DNA from: Myxococcota bacterium
Lineage (GTDB): Bacteria; Myxococcota; JAJVIH01
DNA: 64,000 nucleotides
NCBI GenBank assembly: GCA_022072125.1
Contig: JAJVIH010000018.1
Span: 27,868-91,867 of the forward strand
Reading direction: 5' to 3'
Shown here: positions 1-9,505 of the stretch, piece by piece
How the letters are laid out: every line of letters begins with the position of its first letter
Numbering within the stretch: the first letter of the stretch is position 1
Translations under genes and position numbers: made by a program
Notes under the pieces: generated by a model
The model's input: the letters and a program-made list of their open reading frames with translations, nothing else
What the model was told of the DNA's origin: nothing
Database searches by the model: none

Positions 1-1
1 G

Positions 2-1243
2 CGCCGCCGCACCCCCGGTTTCCTCAAAACCATCGGCATGGTGGTTCCCCGGGAAACGCCCCAGCAGCCCATGTTCCCGGGACAGATGCCGCCGCAGCCG
101 CGCGAGGGCTTCCAGACCCTGCGCCGCGCCCTGTCGGAAAACTACACCGTCGAGACCGTTGATCTCTCGAAGGGCGTGGTCCCGCCGCATATTGACGTGC
201 TGCTGTTGATGCAGCCGGAAAAGGCGGGCGACAAGGAGCGTTTCGCGGTGGACCAGTTCCTGATGCGCGGCGGCAATCTGGTGGCCGTCACCAGCGGTTA
301 CAAGCTGGACATGTCCAGCATGGGCAAGCTGGCGGTCGTCAAGGTGGAGAGCGGTCTGGAGGATTTGCTCAAGCACTACGGCGTCATCGCCGGCAAGGAT
401 CTCGTTCTGGACACCCAGAACCATCCGCTGCCGGTGCCGGTGGAGCGCTCGGTGGGCGGTTTCCGCGTGCAGGAGATCAAGCTGTTCAAATACCCCTATT
501 TCGTGGATATCCGCTCCGACGGCTTCGACAAGGACAATCCCATCCTGAGCGGGCTGCCCGGCGTGGCCATGCATTTCGCCTCGGCGTTGCGCCTGGAAGA
601 CAAGCCGAAGCTGGGCGATCGCAAGGTCTCCGAACTAATCCGTTCATCGGAAAACTCATGGACCACCTCCAGTTCCGAAGTGCAGCCGGACTTTGAGAAA
701 TACCCCGAGACCGGCTTCGCTGATCCGCCCGCCGACCGGGCGCGGCAGTTGCTGGGCGTGGCCATGACCGGCTCCTTCGACAGCTACTTCGCCGACAAAC
801 CGTCGCCGCTGTTCGGAACCGGCGCCGACAAGGAGAAGGACGGCAAGGCCGCCGACCGCACCGGCCGGACCCTCAAGAAATCGCCGGACACCGCGAAGCT
901 GGTGGTGCTGTCGAGCACGGAATTCGTGAACGACACCATCCTGATGATGTCGCGGCAAATGGGATCGGATCAGGGCATGCTGGGCGTGAAGCTGATTGAA
1001 AACATCATTGACTGGAGCCTGGAGGACGCCACCATGCTGGGCATCCGTTCGCGGGGAACCGTCGCCCGCACGCTGCGGCCCATGGAGAAGTCCGCCCAGG
1101 AAAAATACGAGTGGATCAACTACCTGACGGCCCTGATTGGCTTGGCGGTGGTGTTTGGCATGGGCGTCCAGCAGCGCCGCGCCCGCCGCATGGACTTGCT
1201 CCCGCGGGAGGAGGCCCTGGGCGGCAAGGGAGGTGAAGCATGA
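2..1243 (+). CDS. GldG / ABC-type uncharacterised transport auxiliary protein (5'-truncated by window)
   Basis: Frame open from position 2; motifs 'L..NYTV..VDL', 'AVDQFLMRGG', 'NIIDWSLED..MLGIRSR...RTL' and C-terminal TM helix typical of GldG-like proteins. Confidence 0.8.
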   Translation, partial: RRRTPGFLKTIGMVVPRETPQQPMFPGQMPPQPREGFQTLRRALSENYTVETVDLSKGVVPPHIDVLLLMQPEKAGDKERFAVDQFLMRGGNLVAVTSGYKLDMSSMGKLAVVKVESGLEDLLKHYGVIAGKDLVLDTQNHPLPVPVERSVGGFRVQEIKLFKYPYFVDIRSDGFDKDNPILSGLPGVAMHFASALRLEDKPKLGDRKVSELIRSSENSWTTSSSEVQPDFEKYPETGFADPPADRARQLLGVAMTGSFDSYFADKPSPLFGTGADKEKDGKAADRTGRTLKKSPDTAKLVVLSSTEFVNDTILMMSRQMGSDQGMLGVKLIENIIDWSLEDATMLGIRSRGTVARTLRPMEKSAQEKYEWINYLTALIGLAVVFGMGVQQRRARRMDLLPREEALGGKGGEA

Positions 1244-2301
1244 AACTGAATACGGGAATGCTGATTGGCCTGGCGGCGGCCCAACTCGCCTTGGCGTATG
1301 GCGTCTGGGAGATGAGCAAACCGCCAGCGGCCCTGGCCGCGCGTCCGCTGATCAGCGTATTGCAGGGCGGCGGCGCCGCCAACGTAGCCGAACTGGAAAT
1401 CAGCGGCGGCGGCGAAATGCTCAAGCTGGTCAACCAGCAGAATACGTGGGTGGCCGCCAGCGCGTCCAACTACCCGGCCAGGGATGACAAGGTGAAGGAG
1501 GCGCTGGAAAAGCTCCAGAAATTGCAGGTGCGCGAGCCGGTCGCGGCCTCGGTGGGCAGCCAGGCCTCGCTCAAGGTCTCGGCGAAGGACGCGGAACGGG
1601 TGCTCAAACTGACCGTCTCCGGCCAGGCCCCGGTAACCCTGTACCTGGGCAAATCCGGCTCCGGCGGCAAGAATTTCGTCCGTCTGGAAGGCAGCGACGA
1701 TGTCTACGAGGTGAAAGGCGTCGCCTCGTGGAATTATCCCACCACCGTATCCTCGTGGGTGGACACCACCCTGGTGAAGCTTGATTTCGACACGGTGAAG
1801 GAAGTCCGGATCGAAAACGAGAAGAATCCGCTTCACCTGCTCAAGGACGCCTCCGGCTGGACCCTGGCCGGCGTGTCCGCCGGCGAGACCGTGAAAAAAT
1901 CCGAAGTGGAATCGCTGGCCCGCAAGGCGGCGGATATCTCGTTCGCAGATGTATTGGGTGGAGCAGATGTGAAACCGCAAACGCCGTTCCCGCGTCCGAT
2001 CACCGCCGTGGTGACCGGCAAGCCGCCGAAGAAGGAAGAAAAGAAGGAAGAGGCGGTCAAGCTGGGTGAAGACAAGAAGGAAGAGCCGAAAGAAGAGCCC
2101 GAGAAGACCTACAGCCTGAAAATCCTCGGCAAGAACGACGCCAAAAACCAGTATGTGGTCCAGGTGGAAGGAATCCCCTATACCTTTGGCGTGTCGGACT
2201 GGCTGCTCAAACCGCTGGTGGAGCGTGAGCGCAAGGAACTGCTTGAGGCCCCGAAGGATGCCTCCGCCACGCCCGCCGGATCCAGCGCACCCGCTCCCTG
2301 A
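1240..2301 (+). CDS. DUF4340 domain-containing protein
   Basis: ATGA overlap with upstream gene, GGAGG RBS, N-terminal TM, 'TLYLGK...FVR..GSDDVYEV' motif; usual partner of GldG-like genes. Confidence 0.75.
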   Translation: MKLNTGMLIGLAAAQLALAYGVWEMSKPPAALAARPLISVLQGGGAANVAELEISGGGEMLKLVNQQNTWVAASASNYPARDDKVKEALEKLQKLQVREPVAASVGSQASLKVSAKDAERVLKLTVSGQAPVTLYLGKSGSGGKNFVRLEGSDDVYEVKGVASWNYPTTVSSWVDTTLVKLDFDTVKEVRIENEKNPLHLLKDASGWTLAGVSAGETVKKSEVESLARKAADISFADVLGGADVKPQTPFPRPITAVVTGKPPKKEEKKEEAVKLGEDKKEEPKEEPEKTYSLKILGKNDAKNQYVVQVEGIPYTFGVSDWLLKPLVERERKELLEAPKDASATPAGSSAPAP

Positions 2302-2335
2302 TCGCGGACAACGGTTCATCGTTGACCGGGACACG

Positions 2336-2372
2336 GCCCGCCGGAGATGGTTTTCCACCGGCGGGCTTTTTT
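2336..2372 (+). terminator. Rho-independent terminator
   Basis: gcccgccgg/ccggcgggc stem followed by T6 just downstream of the DUF4340 gene. Confidence 0.7.
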
Positions 2373-2653
2373 CCGGCAACCGTTTTTACCCACGATCATG
2401 CAGGGCATGGGCCGGCGAACCGGGCGGCTTTCGCGGGGTGATTCCTTCGTTTCGCCCGCCTTGGCCATTCTCCCGATCGCATCCGCCGCGCAACCGGCGG
2501 GGCATTTCACGGAACCCGGGTTTGTGAGGAACCTCCTCTGCCAGCCATCCTGGCTTTCCTACGCTCCCCGGGCGCTCTGGAAACCTGCGCCGCCGCCGGA
2601 GCGGGAAGCAACCAGTCCCTGGACGATCAAGCAAGGCGCGCGGGAGGCGGACC

Positions 2654-4021
2654 ATGAAAACCATCATCGAACCATTCCGCATCAAGTCCGTCGAACCCTT
2701 GCGGATCACCACCCGCGCCCAGCGGGAAGCCGCGCTGAAAGCGGCGGGCCACAACCTGTTCCGCCTGCGCTCCGATGATGTCCTGATTGATCTGCTCACC
2801 GACAGCGGCACGGGCGCGATGTCCAGCCTTCAGTGGGCCGCCGTCATGCGCGGCGACGAGTCCTACGCCGGCAGTCCTTCCTACTACCGGTTCGAGGAGG
2901 CCGTTCAATCCATCTTCGGCCACGAATTCGTCATTCCCACGCACCAGGGCCGCGCCGCCGAGCGTATTCTCTTCGCCGGACTGAAGCCCGGCCAGATCAT
3001 CCCCAGCAACGCCCATTTCGACACCACCCGCGCCAATATCGAGGCGCAGGGGGCGTCCGCCTTGGATATCGGCATTCCGGAAAGCCGGATTCCCTCCCGG
3101 GTTCACCCCTTCAAGGGAAATATGGATACCACGGCGCTGGAGCGGCTCATTCACGAACACGGGCGCGACGCGATCCCCATGGTCATGGTGACCGTCACTT
3201 GCAACACCGCCGGCGGCCAACCGGTCTCCATGGCGAACCTGCGCGCGGTCCGCGCGGTCTGCGATCGCCATGGCGTTCCCTTTTATATTGACGCCTGCCG
3301 CTTCGCCGAAAATTCGTTTTTCATCCGGAAGCGAGAGGAAGGATACGCCGCGCGCACGCCCCTGGAAATCGCCCGCGAGATGTTCTCGCTGGCCGATGGC
3401 GCGACCATGAGCGCCAAGAAGGATGGCCTCGCCAATATCGGAGGATTCATCACCACCAACGACGCGGCGCGGGCGGCGGAGATGCGCAACCTCCTGATCC
3501 TCACCGAGGGGTTTTCCACCTACGGAGGCATGGCGGGGCGCGATCTGGAGGCCATCGCCCAGGGGCTCGCGGAAGTGCTGGACGAGGATTACCTCACCTA
3601 CCGCATCCGCAGCGTGCAATACGTCGGCGAACACCTCGCGGCCGGCGGCGTGCCGATTGTGCAGCCGCCGGGTGGACACGCCATTTACCTTGACGCCCGG
3701 GCGATGCTGCCGCATATCCCGCCGCACCAATTGCCGGGGCAGGCGCTGGCCTGCGAGTTGTACCTGCACGGCGGCATCCGGAGTTGCGAAATTGGCAGCC
3801 TGATGTTCGGCAAGCCGGACGGACGCGGCGGAGAAATTCCCGCCGCCATGGAACTGGTGCGCCTGGCCATCCCGCGCCGGGTCTACACCCAAAGCCATAT
3901 GGACTATGTATGCGAGGTGATCGCGGAGACCGCCGCCAGGGCCGCGGAAATCCGGGGTCTGCGCATCACGGCGCAACCGCCGTCCCTCCGCCACTTCACC
4001 GCGGCGCTCGCCCCTGTTTGA
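2654..4021 (+). CDS. tnaA: Tryptophanase (beta-eliminating lyase family, PLP)
   Basis: 'EPFRIKSVE', 'IDLLTDSGT', 'GDESYAG', 'THQGRAAE', PLP-Lys motif 'MSAKKDG', 'RLAIPRRVYT'; GGAGG RBS. Tyrosine phenol-lyase not fully excluded. Confidence 0.85.
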   Translation: MKTIIEPFRIKSVEPLRITTRAQREAALKAAGHNLFRLRSDDVLIDLLTDSGTGAMSSLQWAAVMRGDESYAGSPSYYRFEEAVQSIFGHEFVIPTHQGRAAERILFAGLKPGQIIPSNAHFDTTRANIEAQGASALDIGIPESRIPSRVHPFKGNMDTTALERLIHEHGRDAIPMVMVTVTCNTAGGQPVSMANLRAVRAVCDRHGVPFYIDACRFAENSFFIRKREEGYAARTPLEIAREMFSLADGATMSAKKDGLANIGGFITTNDAARAAEMRNLLILTEGFSTYGGMAGRDLEAIAQGLAEVLDEDYLTYRIRSVQYVGEHLAAGGVPIVQPPGGHAIYLDARAMLPHIPPHQLPGQALACELYLHGGIRSCEIGSLMFGKPDGRGGEIPAAMELVRLAIPRRVYTQSHMDYVCEVIAETAARAAEIRGLRITAQPPSLRHFTAALAPV

Positions 4022-4122
4022 CGGCGTCAGAAACCGCCATCATGCCGAAGGAGCGGGGCCCATGAGTGAAAAATCTTCTTCCCGCTTTCCATCGGCGGGC
4101 GCTTGTGTATGATATCGCCCCC

Positions 4123-5325
4123 ATGGCGCGGAAGAAGGACAACATACACCCTGCGGCGGAACCGGCCGCCGCCTCGCGGAACAACCCGCGCGGCCGGCGC
4201 GCCGTGAAATCCGCCGCGGCGGACAGGCCGCCGGCGAAACGCCCCCCCCCCTCCGCCGCCCGGTCCGGGGACGCCGCACACGAAGATGTGGAAGACCAGG
4301 ATCTGGACGCGGACGGATTGGTTTCCGGAGCCGGGAGCGAGGAACCAGACGGCGGCGATCCGCTGGATGCGGACGAACCGCCGCCCGGATTCACCGGGGA
4401 GGATATCGAGGTTTCTCCCGATGAAATCCTGCCCGCGCCGCTTGCACGCCACGGGCAGAAAATCGCCCTCGCCAAAACCGACCCCCTGACGGTCTACCTG
4501 CAGGAGATATCCCAGTATCCTCTGCTCAGCCTGGAAGAAGAACAGCGCCTGACCCAGCGATATTTTGAAAACCAGGACCCCGCCCTCGCCTACCGGCTGG
4601 TCACCGCCAATCTTCGCCTGGTGGTCAAAATCGCCATGGAGTACAGCCGCGCCAAACACCAGATCATGGACCTGATCCAGGAAGGCAACGTGGGACTGAT
4701 GCAGGCCGTCCGCAAATTTGACCCCTTCCGGGGAAACCGGCTGCCTTCCTACGCCCAATGGTGGATCCGGGCGTACATTCTGCGTTACCTGCTGTCGAAT
4801 TTCCGGCTGGTGAAGCTGGGCACCACCGAGGCCCAGCGCAAGCTCTTCTTCAACCTGAACAAGGAGCGCGAGCGGCTGATCGCGGAGGGATTTGATCCCT
4901 CGCCCAAACTGCTGGCCGAGCGCCTGCAGGTGGAAGAGCGCGACGTGGTGGAGATGCGCCAGCGCATGGGCGAAGGCGAGGTATCCATGAGCACGCCGCT
5001 GAATCCCAACTCCCGCACCTCGGTCGGCGACACGCTGGAAAGCTCCGGCGTCTCGCCGGAGGACAAGGCGGCGCGCGATGATCTGCAGGAACTGTTGCAG
5101 CGGAAGATGAGCGCCTTCGGGGCCACCCTGAAAGGCCGTGACGCCATCATCTGGCGCGAACGGCTGATGACCGACGAGCCCAAGACCCTCAAGGATCTCG
5201 GCGAGGAATTCGGCATCACCCGCGAGCGCGCCCGGCAACTGGAGGCGCGCATCAAGGCGCGCCTGCGCGCCTACCTGGAAAAAGAAATCGGCTCCGGCGT
5301 GGAGTTGTCCACGCTGGTGGAATGA
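4123..5325 (+). CDS. rpoH: RNA polymerase sigma-32 family factor
   Basis: 'ANLRLVVKIA', 'DLIQEGNVGLMQAV', RpoH box 'QRKLFFNL', region 4 'ITRERARQLE'; long low-complexity N-terminus; start chosen at ATG 4123. Confidence 0.88.
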   Translation: MARKKDNIHPAAEPAAASRNNPRGRRAVKSAAADRPPAKRPPPSAARSGDAAHEDVEDQDLDADGLVSGAGSEEPDGGDPLDADEPPPGFTGEDIEVSPDEILPAPLARHGQKIALAKTDPLTVYLQEISQYPLLSLEEEQRLTQRYFENQDPALAYRLVTANLRLVVKIAMEYSRAKHQIMDLIQEGNVGLMQAVRKFDPFRGNRLPSYAQWWIRAYILRYLLSNFRLVKLGTTEAQRKLFFNLNKERERLIAEGFDPSPKLLAERLQVEERDVVEMRQRMGEGEVSMSTPLNPNSRTSVGDTLESSGVSPEDKAARDDLQELLQRKMSAFGATLKGRDAIIWRERLMTDEPKTLKDLGEEFGITRERARQLEARIKARLRAYLEKEIGSGVELSTLVE

Positions 5326-5350
5326 TCCCCCTTTCCCCACAGGAATACCC

Positions 5351-6121
5351 ATGAAGCCCGTTGCAATCACCCTGTTCGCGCTGGCCTGCGTTTTCGCGGG
5401 ATGCAAGCGCGCCGAAGCCCCCACCGCCGCCAGCGACGGCGTCATCAAGGTGGCGGCGCCCGCCAGTTCCGCTTCCGCCATGACCCCCGGCGAAGCGGAG
5501 GAAAAACATCCCGCGCCAGCCACTTTCACCTCGGCCGGCAGACCGGAAGACCTGCTGGTGGACGCCAAGGATTTGCCCACCGTCAAGGATGTGGATTTTT
5601 CCGGCCTGACCGGCCCCGCCGAACCCTTCGCGCGCATGATGCGCTCGCTGGGCGAAGGCGACGTGCGGGCGGTGGTGGAATCCTACGCGAAGGCGCGGCG
5701 GGCGACCGTGCCCACCGAGAGGCTGGCGAGGCAACTGGGCGATCCAATGAACCTGCGGCTGCTGAATTTCGTGCTGGGCATGGCCCGCATCGAGGCCCGC
5801 AACGTCAACGTCAATGGCGACAAGGCGGAATGGACGCTGGTGGCGCGCGTGCCCGATTTGCAGAAGCTGCAACAGAACCGGGAACTGATCCGCAAATACG
5901 GCGTGGACCTGGATCAGAAACCTCCCGAAGACGGCGACGATCAGGCCAAAATGGCGTTCGCCCTGAAAAGGGAAGTGGAACTGGTGCGCGTGACCGGCAA
6001 GATCGTCAAGGAAAATCCGGACGCCATCCCGTGGGAGCAGAAAGAAGTGCCCGTGCGGAGCATCAGGGAGGATGGACACTGGCTGCTTGATCTGGATTAC
6101 AACGAGTCCCGGATCAAATAG
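5351..6121 (+). CDS. Hypothetical lipoprotein
   Basis: Lipobox 'VFAGC', AGGA RBS, typical codon usage. Confidence 0.65.
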   Translation: MKPVAITLFALACVFAGCKRAEAPTAASDGVIKVAAPASSASAMTPGEAEEKHPAPATFTSAGRPEDLLVDAKDLPTVKDVDFSGLTGPAEPFARMMRSLGEGDVRAVVESYAKARRATVPTERLARQLGDPMNLRLLNFVLGMARIEARNVNVNGDKAEWTLVARVPDLQKLQQNRELIRKYGVDLDQKPPEDGDDQAKMAFALKREVELVRVTGKIVKENPDAIPWEQKEVPVRSIREDGHWLLDLDYNESRIK

Positions 6122-6163
6122 TCCGGGCAGGCCGATCTTCCACGCGCCCCAACACTTTCCCGG

Positions 6164-6195
6164 AAAAAAGCGGCCGGCCCGTGGGCCGCCGCTTT
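6164..6195. terminator. Probable bidirectional terminator between convergent genes
   Basis: A6-gcggc..ggccc/gggcc-gccgc-ttt hairpin; T6 on the minus strand. Confidence 0.6.
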
Positions 6196-6216
6196 GACTG
6201 GGCTCCAGCAGGGGGG

Positions 6217-9200
6217 TTACTTCGTGAACACCCACTTCTGCTTTGAGTTGCGGATGACATCCGTCTCCTCAAAGTAGATTTTGTGGTATTTGTTCAGACG
6301 CCACAGCTTGCGGATCTGGTCATCATAGTGGGGGGCGCCCAGCTTGCCATCCTGCCCGCCGGGAATCGCCATATGGCCTTTCGGACCCTTGTCAGTCAGC
6401 TCCACCACCACGCGGGTGGCTGGTCCGGATGAATAGGTCCAGTTTTTGCTGAACGAAGTGCGCGACACGCCGTAGTTGCAGGCGTCCACGTTGTTGTTGT
6501 CGCCATGGCGCGGGAATCCGTTGGGAAACCCGGCGTCCCCGCCCGGCGGCACCGCCAGGAAGTCGAGACCCGCCAGGTGCTTGAGCGTCAGCGTATGCTT
6601 GGCTCCCCAGCGCCACTGGGTCATGTCCTTCGTACCAAAACCTTCCTTGAAGGCAGGGCCGCTTTCGAGAAAATCGAGCGCCTGCTTCAGGCTCTTCATG
6701 AGGATGAAGTCGCGGCTTTCCACATCGGGCGTGCGCAGGTCGTCGAAATAGATGGAATGGCCATCGGCGCCGGATTTGCTGATGAGTTCGCCTTCCCGGA
6801 ATGTGATGTGGTGCAGGGCCTTGAACACCTGGAAGCTGATCAGATTGCGCCCCATCTTTTCCTGTTCGTCGCCCAGGGTGTTGACCGCGATCCACTGGTA
6901 CCAGGCGTTGAAAATCGAGGTGGCGATGGAATCATCCACTTCTTCCGCCGGAACATCCTTGCCCACGCCAGAAGCCGCCCACAGCCGCCACTTCTTCAGG
7001 TATTCCATGGCCTTGCCGGCGCGCTCGTCGTAGAACTCCGCCAGTTTGGGGTCCATGGTCTTGTCGCCTTCCCTGGCCTTCCTGGCCTTTTCCAGCACCT
7101 CCGTGAGCAGGGGCAGCCAGTCCTTGCCCATGTTGGAGTAATGATCGGCCTGCACCGACATCATGTCCTCGACGGTGATCTTCTTGCCCTGCTTGATGTA
7201 TTCCTCGATGCGATCCTGGATGCGGCCGCCGCGATACCCCTCGGCGTAGAAATATCCGTAGTAGGGCTTGCCGTCTTTCAGGGTTTCGTTCAGCGGATCC
7301 CCATCCAGGGTGTTGCCCACCGGATCGTTGTTGGCGGTCACCACGTAGCCTTTTGCGGGGTTGAGCGCGTGGGGAAGCTGGGTGTCATCAAGGAATTTGC
7401 CGGTCCATTCGTATCCGCCGTCGCCAGGCAGCGGCAGCCAGGGCGGAGTGGCGGGGTCGAGCTTTTCGCGGATGGGCGTCAGCGCGGTTCCCGTCATGAA
7501 GATATCGCCTTTGGTGTCGCCATAGACAAATCCCTGGGCGCCGACGCCGAAGTTGTCGAGGGCGTCCTCGAATTCCTGCTGATTTTTTGAATTGAACGCC
7601 AGCCACATGGCCTTGCTTTCGTTGGTCGGCTGGAAACCGGTCCAGCGCACGCTGAGCGCGGTGGTCTTGTCATCGGAAACCGAGTTGATGGGACCATGGT
7701 GGGGAACCTCCAGGTATTCGATGGTCACCACGCAGTTGGGGCCGTCCTCCCGGGATTTGACGGGGTAGATTTTTTTCGCCCAGCCCGGCACGCGCTTGCC
7801 GGCGGTTTGCTCGCAGGTTTCCTTCTCTTCCTTCTTGAAGCGGAACTCCTCGGGGCGGCGGACGACATCCACCTGCTGTCCCTTGAACAGCACCGATTTC
7901 ACGAAACCATCGGGGCCCATGGCCACCTTCTCCACATAGTAGTCGGTGACATCGGTGAAGAAGGTGGTCACGCTGGAAGCCATGGCGTCGTTATGGCCGA
8001 TCACCACGGCGGCGATGCCGGGGAAGGTCACGCCCGCCGCGTTGTATGTTCCGCCGGCGCGTTTGGTGTTGAGGTGCATTTCCATGAAGATGGCGGGGTT
8101 GTTGAGGCCCAGGTGTGGGTCGCCGGAGACAATCGGCTTGCCGCTGGCGGTGTGCTTGCCGGAGACGACCCAGTTGTTCGAGCCGCGATCCCGTTCCGTG
8201 TACAGCCCGAAGATATTGTAGGGGGATCCGGCGAGGCTCTTGCGGAAGCTGGCGTGGCCTTCCAGCAGGCCGGGGCGGAATCGCGGATTGGGAAAGTGTT
8301 TGCGGAAATGCTCCAGCCGCAGTTCATGGGGCTTTGGCCCCACCTGGGCGCGGGTGTCGCCCTTGGGGTATCCATCCAGAATGGTGGCGGCGCGCGCGGG
8401 TTTGAGGGTCAGCAAATCCGCCGCCGCGCCTTCCCGGGCGTCGCCCTTGGGAAAGGCCTTGCGCGCGGCTTCAATCTGCGCGGCGAAATCCCCTTCATCA
8501 ATATATCCCTCCGACAGGTTGAGCACCTGATAGCGGGCGAAGGCCAGCGAGTCCGCGGGCGTCCACGGCGCCACGTTTTCCGGGCGGATTCCCAGGCCGA
8601 TGAACTCGGGGCCGATCTCCTCCCACTGGGCCTGTTTCAGGAAGGCGTTCACTCCGGCGGCATAGCTGTCCATGTAAAGCTTCAGTTCGTCATCCGCCGG
8701 CAGGGAATCGTAGACCTGCTGGGCGATGCGGCGCAACTTCCAGAAGCGCTGATCCACGTCGGTTCCCAGCGCCCCCGCTCCCTGAAATTCCGTCAGCGTG
8801 CCGGAGGACAGGCGCCGGACGCCCTCCATGGCGAACATGCGCAGGGAGGCCTGCACCCACCCGCCGGCGAACCCCAGATCGGAAAGGTTTTTCGCGTAGA
8901 TATGCGGAATGCCCCAGTCATCCATCACCACGATGACATCGTCCTTGAGGCCCGGCGCCTTCAGGGTCTTGTCCGTGCGCAGTTCCTCGATGTTATTGGC
9001 TTCGCCGGGTCCCTTGCCTGGCGGCGCGGTATCCGGCGCCGGCGCGTCTGCGGGACCTGCTTCCGGCGGTTGAGGACCGGAGTCTGGCGAGGAGGAATCC
9101 GGGGCGGAGTCTCCGGGCGCCGCATCGGCGGGGGCTGTATCCGCGGAAGCGGTGTCTCCCGCGCCATCACCCGGTTTGTCTCCGGTTTTGTCATCGCCGC

Positions 9201-9291
9201 CGCAGGCGGCCGTGGTCAGCGCCAGCATCAATATCCACGGGGCGGCGAACGCAACGCGCGGCCCGGCGAAAACAGGGGAGAGAGCCTTCAT
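6217..9291 (-). CDS. Penicillin acylase family (Ntn-hydrolase, peptidase S45) lipoprotein
   Basis: 'DDWGIPHIYA', nucleophile motif 'GSNNWVV', 'DPHL', 'TANN', 'PGGQDG...HYDDQ'; lipoprotein-like signal ending 'TAAC'. Confidence 0.9.
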   Translation of the reverse strand: MKALSPVFAGPRVAFAAPWILMLALTTAACGGDDKTGDKPGDGAGDTASADTAPADAAPGDSAPDSSSPDSGPQPPEAGPADAPAPDTAPPGKGPGEANNIEELRTDKTLKAPGLKDDVIVVMDDWGIPHIYAKNLSDLGFAGGWVQASLRMFAMEGVRRLSSGTLTEFQGAGALGTDVDQRFWKLRRIAQQVYDSLPADDELKLYMDSYAAGVNAFLKQAQWEEIGPEFIGLGIRPENVAPWTPADSLAFARYQVLNLSEGYIDEGDFAAQIEAARKAFPKGDAREGAAADLLTLKPARAATILDGYPKGDTRAQVGPKPHELRLEHFRKHFPNPRFRPGLLEGHASFRKSLAGSPYNIFGLYTERDRGSNNWVVSGKHTASGKPIVSGDPHLGLNNPAIFMEMHLNTKRAGGTYNAAGVTFPGIAAVVIGHNDAMASSVTTFFTDVTDYYVEKVAMGPDGFVKSVLFKGQQVDVVRRPEEFRFKKEEKETCEQTAGKRVPGWAKKIYPVKSREDGPNCVVTIEYLEVPHHGPINSVSDDKTTALSVRWTGFQPTNESKAMWLAFNSKNQQEFEDALDNFGVGAQGFVYGDTKGDIFMTGTALTPIREKLDPATPPWLPLPGDGGYEWTGKFLDDTQLPHALNPAKGYVVTANNDPVGNTLDGDPLNETLKDGKPYYGYFYAEGYRGGRIQDRIEEYIKQGKKITVEDMMSVQADHYSNMGKDWLPLLTEVLEKARKAREGDKTMDPKLAEFYDERAGKAMEYLKKWRLWAASGVGKDVPAEEVDDSIATSIFNAWYQWIAVNTLGDEQEKMGRNLISFQVFKALHHITFREGELISKSGADGHSIYFDDLRTPDVESRDFILMKSLKQALDFLESGPAFKEGFGTKDMTQWRWGAKHTLTLKHLAGLDFLAVPPGGDAGFPNGFPRHGDNNNVDACNYGVSRTSFSKNWTYSSGPATRVVVELTDKGPKGHMAIPGGQDGKLGAPHYDDQIRKLWRLNKYHKIYFEETDVIRNSKQKWVFTK

Positions 9292-9505
9292 TCGATCCTC
9301 CAGTCAGGGGGCTTGAAATTACCGGCGGCCAATTGACAGGTGGCGATCATATAACTCTATCCATGGAATTTGTCAGCCAGAAGTGCCAAAATGGCGCGCG
9401 GGCGAATGTGAACACATTTTTTCGTCCCCCGGGTTGTGGTAGCAGAGCATGGGCGGCGTGCTGGCAAATGGCCACAACACTTGATCCAGAGACAAATCAG
9501 GGACC

